Shown piece by piece: positions 57,149 to 64,000 of a stretch of 64,000 nucleotides of DNA; the first letter of the stretch is position 1, and each line of letters starts with the position of its first letter. Made by a program: the position numbers and the translations under genes. The stretch comes from Eledone cirrhosa (lineage: Eukaryota). Location: contig OZ024742.1 of NCBI GenBank assembly GCA_964016885.1, positions 262,446,001-262,510,000 of the forward strand, written 5' to 3'. The notes under the pieces were generated by a model. The model was given only the letters and a program-made list of their open reading frames with translations. It was not told the origin of the DNA and searched no databases.

Positions 57149-58672
57149 TTTCTTTATTGGCCACAAGGGCTGACATCAAGAAAAACATTAGAGACGGCAC
57201 AGGACGGTACAGGGCGGTACGATGTGGGTTTTGTGCGTGTAAATATTTTTATTATTTATATAAGAAAAGAAAAAAAGACAGAAACATATATATATATATA
57301 AACAATAAAAATAAAAATTGAAACAATGAAAACTTCCCCAATAGGGGGGAACCCTCCGAGGGTTACTCGTGGCGAAAACCACACAAAAGACCACGGCCAC
57401 CCTGACCACTCTCAATTTTTCCATTTCTCAAACTACAGGCATATATTCACAGTGGTCCCGTTCACTCGGACCATTTTCGCTACATTCACCCACCTTTCAA
57501 CAAACTTGTTAGAAGGCAGCACTTGCCTCTCCACCCTGCCTCTACAAGTGAAACTCGAAAAAGTTAATTAGGGATTCTCCGAAGAGGAAAGTGTCTTTCA
57601 ACCTTGTCCACCACACAATCTCTTTCGCCATGGCCACCAGGCAGATGAAAATCGCCTGCCCTTCCTCCCCGAAGGAAGACGGCGAGACCATCTGCACAAT
57701 GGACTCAGTCGATAACCGGATCAGTCCTACACGCGACAGCAACTGTTCGACATAGCTCTACAAGTCAGCAATGCTCGGGCACTGAACGAGTGCGTGCACG
57801 ACGGTTTCGTCGCTCTGCGCGCATCTCGGACAGGCTCGGCTGACGGCACTTCCGTGCCTGTAGAGCTTATCTCGAACCGGCAACGCCCCCCGGTAGCACT
57901 GCCAGGCCAGGGATTTTTGGAAGTTATCCATAGGCCCTGGGCTGAAAGTTCTCCGGAAGAGAGCAAATAGCTGATCTTCTTCGACGTCCAGGATCTCTCC
58001 GAGAACATCGTCGCTCTTCCCCTCCACTAGTCCTCTATAGAACGCCGAGGTGCCCAGCTGGCAGAGGGCAGTGAGCGCCTGGAGACATTCCAGTTTCCAA
58101 GCGCTATCTCTCGGTCTTTTCCTGACCCAGGATTGCAGCTCCGTCAAGGAGACGAGCTGTGGGAAAACGTGCCTGGCGAACGGCGATCACACCTGTTCAC
58201 CGTCAAGGAAGCACCAGAGATGTCGCACCCTCAGCGCATGTTTGCGCATCATCAGCCACGGAATGCCTAGTCCTCCACGCAACGGGTGTTGACAGCAGAT
58301 GGATCGTTTGACCATGGGAGCGCGTCCCTTCCACAAAAAACGGAAGAGGAGGCGCTCCATTTTGGAGAGAGTTGGGCCGGGGAAAGGGACGACGGTGAGG
58401 CGGTAGAAGATGACGGATGCGATGTACGCATTCGCCACCTCCGCCTGGCCTTTCAGGGACATCTTCCTCTCGGCCCATTTCTGGGTGAGGGAGGCCACCC
58501 TGCTCGTCACCTCGCTCCAGTTTTTCTCCATCTGGAGGTCCGGTCCGAACCAGACCCCGAGCAATTTAACCAGTCCGTCCATCCAACGCCCCACGACGCT
58601 GTCGGACGGCATGGACCTGCCTCTCCAGGTGCCGAGCTGCAAGCACACCGACTTTTCCTGGTTTATCTTTGT
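57147..58672 (-). mobile_element. L1/Tx1-like LINE 3' portion
   Basis: LGVWFG..NW..W..R.MSLKG..VAN, GGLG, CPRC..ETVVHALVQC; AATAAA near the 3' end. Related tips at 43621-43653 and ~21055-21090. Confidence 0.8.
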
Positions 58673-59112
58673 TCATAATAATAATAACAACACTATTAAT
58701 AATTATTAATTAATGATTTCTTTATTATTAATTAATGTAATCGTGAAATGCTTGTGTGTGAAGAATATTTTTAAAGTGAGGAAAGACTGTGCACTGAGCC
58801 GATCCTACTCTCAGAGCGACAGTAGCTATAACCCGAAAAGAAGAAAAGATCAACATCATCGGTAACTACCGAGCCGCAGGTTTTATATTTCCTGAGATGC
58901 CTTCTCTTAGAAGAATGCCCTGACAATGGCTAGGGGTCCTTCACTCCTAGTGGTTTAACTGCGCGATCGGGTATCCAGCCCTATTATTTCTGTGTCCCCG
59001 CGCATGAAAAAAAAAAAAGCTCACTTATTGACTCTCATACGTACGACACCCCCACACACACTCACACACCAACACTCATGCATACAAACAAACACACACA
59101 CGCCACTCACTT

Positions 59113-59168
<56 letters not shown>

Positions 59169-59978
59169 CCATCATTACTGATACCAGTTGACTTTCGAAA
59201 GAGTTCGTATAATTGAAGCCGTTCGTGTTACTGTTCAGTATTACTATAAATGATTTACAGCACAGAGCTATGGCCCTCTACGTTCCGAGCTCAAATCCCG
59301 CCGAGGTCAACCTTGCCTTTCATCCCCACGGAGTCGATAAAACAGAGCACCAGTAATGCGCTGGGACAATCGCTGGCCCCGTGCCAAAACCAGAAAATTT
59401 ATTATTATCATAGTTGTTGTTTTCTTAAGGCCCAATCGCTGGCGATGGTGATGGTGGTGGTGGACGATGGTGGTGATGGTGGTGGCAGTTGATGTTTTTT
59501 TTTTTTTTTTTTTTTTTTATCGTTTGATGCCGCAGTTGTTGTAAATGTTGTTCATTCCATTCTGATGCTGTTGTTGCTGTAGACATTGGTGCCGGTGTTG
59601 TTGTTGTTGTTGTTGTTGTAGATGTTGTAGATGTTGTAGACGCTGGGGTTGAAATTTGGTCGTTTTGATTGAGTGATATATATATATATATATACGCATA
59701 CATACATATATATATATATATATACACACATACATACATACATATCTACCTAGTTGATGTGTAAATTCCAATGAGAGAGTCTTGTATCTGTTAGAAATCG
59801 ACTTTCTATTGGCAAAAAATTGTGAAATTATAAAACCAGAACATACATGCATACATAAATACATACATACATAAATAAATAAATACATACATACAAACAT
59901 ACACACACACATACACATATATAAACACACATACATGTATGTTTATATCCATCCATACATACATACATACATACATAA

Positions 59979-60009
<31 letters not shown>

Positions 60010-60054
60010 CATACATACATACATACATACATACATACATACATACATACATAC

Positions 60055-60757
60055 ATAAAAAAGATAGCCCCGATAATAAAAACATTAAAAGCTACAACAA
60101 TGTGGAAGACATCCATGTACATAATATGAAAGAGTACTGGTGGAATGTTCCAGTAAAAACCCCAATAAAATGCAGGCATAACAAACCAGACATAATGATA
60201 TGGGCCAGGGAAAAGAAGGCATGCACAGTAGTAGAAGTTAGCTGCCCAGCAGATGCCAATATAATATCAAAGATTAGTGAAAAGGAGAATATTTATGCAG
60301 AACTGATGAGAAATCTGCAGATACTCCACCCTGATTACACCTTCAGATTTATACCTTTATACCTGTGATTATTGGGGCACTGGGGTATGTTAGTAACTGC
60401 CTCAATACAAATCTTGAGAAGCTAGACTTCACAGGAACAGAAAGAACACAACTAGTTAGGAAACTACAAGTACAATCCATTAATGGAACAGTAAAAATAT
60501 GTAAAACATTCCAAAATGTTTGCATCTAATAACTGCGTATACACATGTACAGATACAAAGCATATACACATGCACACATACAACTCAAAACATCCACATC
60601 CACACATACAATAACATCCATATCTACACATGCATGCATACATACATATCTACCTAGTTGATGTTGTGTAAATTCCAATGAGAGAGTCTTGTGTCTATGT
60701 TAGAAACCGACTCTCTCTCTATTGGTAAAACTTTGTGAAATTATAAAACCAGAAGAA
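60055..60757 (+). mobile_element. RLE LINE 3' part in (TACA)n (tip fragment at 59740-59842)
   Basis: WWN..HNKPDIMIW..VVEVSCP.D..EKENIY..IGALG. Confidence 0.8.
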
Positions 60758-60831
60758 CATACATACATACATACATACATACATACATACATACATACAT
60801 ACATACATACATACATACATACATACATACA

Positions 60832-61880
60832 AACATACCCGAATAGTAACACTGAAGTAACATCTTCATCAGAAGAAAAAGGTCAGCAACCATCTTGCCC
60901 AGGTCTATGAACATGAAGGAGATAATAATATCATTAGGATAGCCACTGATCTGGAGGAGAGATATGGAATAAGGCTTGATATAAATCTCTCTCCAAGGAA
61001 AATTGGAAGATCCTATTCAATGTTCGAACAAGATTAAAAAATGGACAAATTTACAGAGAAAGTTGTGCATGGCTACCTGAGACGAAAAACACAGACCATA
61101 GAGGGGATAAATCATTCAAAAAGCCTGGCATGGATTTCGGACAAGTTTATGTCATCCCACCTTGAAGGATTACTCTATGCAATTCAGGAACAAGCAATTC
61201 CTACCAAATATCCGCTACACAAAAGAGGAGGGCCATTAGTCGACAATAAATGTAAGCTTTGTAAAACGCAGATGTTAGCCACATTGTTGCCAACTGCGAA
61301 AGAATGTCGTCTCGCTATTACTTCCCTATGAGACACGATGTGATAGCTAGAACCATCTGGACTGTACTTAGGAAAACAAAATTAAAAACAAATGAGATAG
61401 ATGGCACTAAAGAATACTGGTGGAACCTGTAAATAAAAACTGCCACCAAATTAAAGCATAACCGGCCTGGTATTTTGTTTGGGACCACACATTGAAAACG
61501 TGCTCTGTTGTAGAGATCAGCTGCCCATTTGATGTCAACGTTGTAAGAAAAATACAAGAGAAGGAGGACATCTACGGACATTTGATGAGGAGTTTGCAGA
61601 TCCAGTATCCAAGATACACCTTCAGCTTCATATCCATCATTATTGGAGCTACAGGTTATATACCAACCCACTTGGACAAAAGTATAACTGAACTTAGATT
61701 TGTGGACTAAGAACGCAGCTCCCTAATTCATAGACTAATTCATGGCTGCGATAACTGGCACCTTCAAAATTTGCAAAACATTCTTACGATTCAAGCGATG
61801 ACAATTTCTTTTCTTTTACAACCTTGCCACCAGGAAGGTAGCCTGTCAAAAATGCACTCGAAATTAAGAGAAAGAGAAAC
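60832..61880 (+). mobile_element. Older RLE LINE fragment of a related family, in (TACA)n
   Basis: EG..YAIQEQAI.T, CKLC, RHD, VVEISCPFD..EKEDIY, IIGATG. Confidence 0.75.
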
Positions 61881-61937
61881 ATACATACATACATACATAC
61901 ATACATACATACATACATACATACATACATACATACA

Positions 61938-62535
61938 TGGTGGCTGTCAACTCGTTTTCGAGTACGGCCACTACTTTATATCCATGTAGGAGAACCCCTA
62001 CCGATGTGCTGAACGAGTGTGACTTTTGAGTCCAGCCAGCGACTTGAAAACTGGCACAAACACTACACATGTGACAATTATTGACACAGTGTACATGGTA
62101 CCATGTGACGACAAGTGCAGAGAGATCTCCAGATACAAAGCAATGCCTGTGCCGTGAAGCTTTTATAGTGAGCAAAGGCACTGCACAAAGCCAGTCCCAC
62201 TCTCTTAACCAAGATGATATTTATCAAAAAGAAGAACAAGTCAACATCATTGGAAACCATCAGAGTTGCAGGTGTTATATCAGAGTTTTCCTATTCCTAG
62301 AATTCAGCCTTGACAAAGGCTAAGGGGTCATCTCTCCCGGTGATTTTGGATGGCCATTGACTCTTAAGAGCTCCTTTGCCCTTTGACAGGTTTTGTTTTT
62401 AGTCCTGCAGGATGTCCAAAGTCACCCTCCTCACCAAGAAACCTTGGTGGGGTTGCCAGTTTAGTCGCCAACGACCCGACCATGAGACAGGTTGTACTGG
62501 GATACATGTTACCAGTAGCACCAACTGGTGACCTG
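61938..62535 (-). mobile_element. Bipartite RTE-derived element, copy 2
   Basis: Collinear with 33760-34325; extends ~45 bp further 5'. Confidence 0.65.
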
Positions 62536-63632
62536 ACATATACATATATACACATATATATACATACATACACATATACATATATATATACATATATATA
62601 TACATACATATACACATACATATATATATACATACATATACATACATATATATATACATACATATACATACATATATATATATATACATACATATACATA
62701 TATACATACATATACATACATATACACATACATATACATACATATATATATACATATACCTACACATATATATACATACATATACATACATATATATATA
62801 CACACATATACATGCATATATATATACATACATACATATACATATACATACATATACCTACATACATATACATACATGTAAGAATATTTTCGAAACAGCG
62901 AGTGGGTTTGAAATTATTAGAAATGTAAGCTATCGCTGTATTTTGACTAAAGAAATTAAAGAAATTATTTAGCCTGATAGTGGGGTTAAGAACCCTCGGA
63001 GAAATGGAAATAGATGAGTATTGACGTACATGGGAGTCGAACCCACATCTTTGGTTATCCATATACATACATATACACACACATATACATACACATATAT
63101 ATATATATACATATATATATACATATATTTATACATATATATATACACACATATATACATAGATATATATATACACATATATACACACACACACACATAT
63201 ATATATATATACATACACATACATATATAAATATATATATATATATATGCACATATATATACACATATATATACATAGATACACATATATACATAGATAT
63301 ATATATATACATAGATATATATATATACATAGATATATACATATACATAGATATACACATATACATACATACACATACACAGATATACATATACATATAC
63401 ATATATATATATATACATATATATATACATATATATACATACATATATACATACATGTACAGATATATATATACATAAATGTACATTCATATACATACAA
63501 ATATGTACATATAAGTAGAAGGGGTATTTAATTTCTTTGAATAATCCCTAATATATTTCCACTATCCAGTGAATTTCCAACCGATAAGGTATGATTTTCA
63601 TGGGTACATCTCTATTTATAAAACAAACTTTG

Positions 63633-63696
63633 TATTTTATCTGATGAAAGCGTACCAATGTTGTCTTGGTAGCCTTGAAATATATATAATAAAATA
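63633..63696 (+). ncRNA. Type I hammerhead ribozyme with extended stems
   Basis: tattttat-CTGATGA-aAGcgTACCAA tgttgtc TTGGTAgcCTt-GAAA-tatata-TA-ataaaata. Flanks atttataaaacaa / ttgttttataaat extend stem I. Confidence 0.75.
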
Positions 63697-64000
63697 AATA
63701 TTGTTTTATAAATATAGTTTCCATTTATTTAATATCATTGTATATGTACATACACATACATACATGCATATAGCGAAAATCTGGAAAACTTGAGTTTTCA
63801 GGTAAAGAAAATGACCAGTTAACACACATCTTACAAATTCAATCAGTAAGCGAAATAGTAAGAATATGCAAGACTTTTATAAAATTTAACATGTAATTCT
63901 TCACTGTTGTTCTTAACTAAATTCCTGTAATCCTGTAATCCTGCTACGTTTTATTCTTAGAATCCAGAATTTTTCTTTATAATGAAAAAAGAGAGAGACA

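Noticed and set aside
63020-63062. tRNA-like GGTTCGACTCCC on the minus strand
   Set aside because: Only a T-arm-like fragment; no cloverleaf.

Overview
This is AT-rich, microsatellite-saturated animal DNA. The SINE, LINE and Penelope content looks coleoid cephalopod (octopus-like), which is an inference. One host gene is supported: a minus-strand, two-coding-exon GAREM-like adaptor (CABIT domain, Tyr/Pro-rich linker, C-terminal SAM). Its exons 46654-46282 and 23589-21863 join across a 22.7-kb phase-1 GT-AG intron, giving about 699 aa. The rest is transposon debris: Penelope-like (RT+GIY-YIG), R4/Dong-like and CRE-like RLE LINEs, RTE LINEs, L1/Tx1, hAT, Tc1/mariner, Helitron, a piggyBac-like MITE and tRNA-SINEs. 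The most striking signal is absent from the ORF track. About 20 short non-coding elements from at least 8 unrelated sequence families sit in (TA)n tracts. Most are fold-back palindromes, and many carry readable minimal type I hammerhead ribozymes (HHRs). Among them are a tandem ~435-nt HHR-to-HHR retrozyme-like monomer with repeated octamer motifs, and a family with a compensatory U3-A8 catalytic core at the apex of a long rod. All ribozyme folds were read by eye; their activity is untested.
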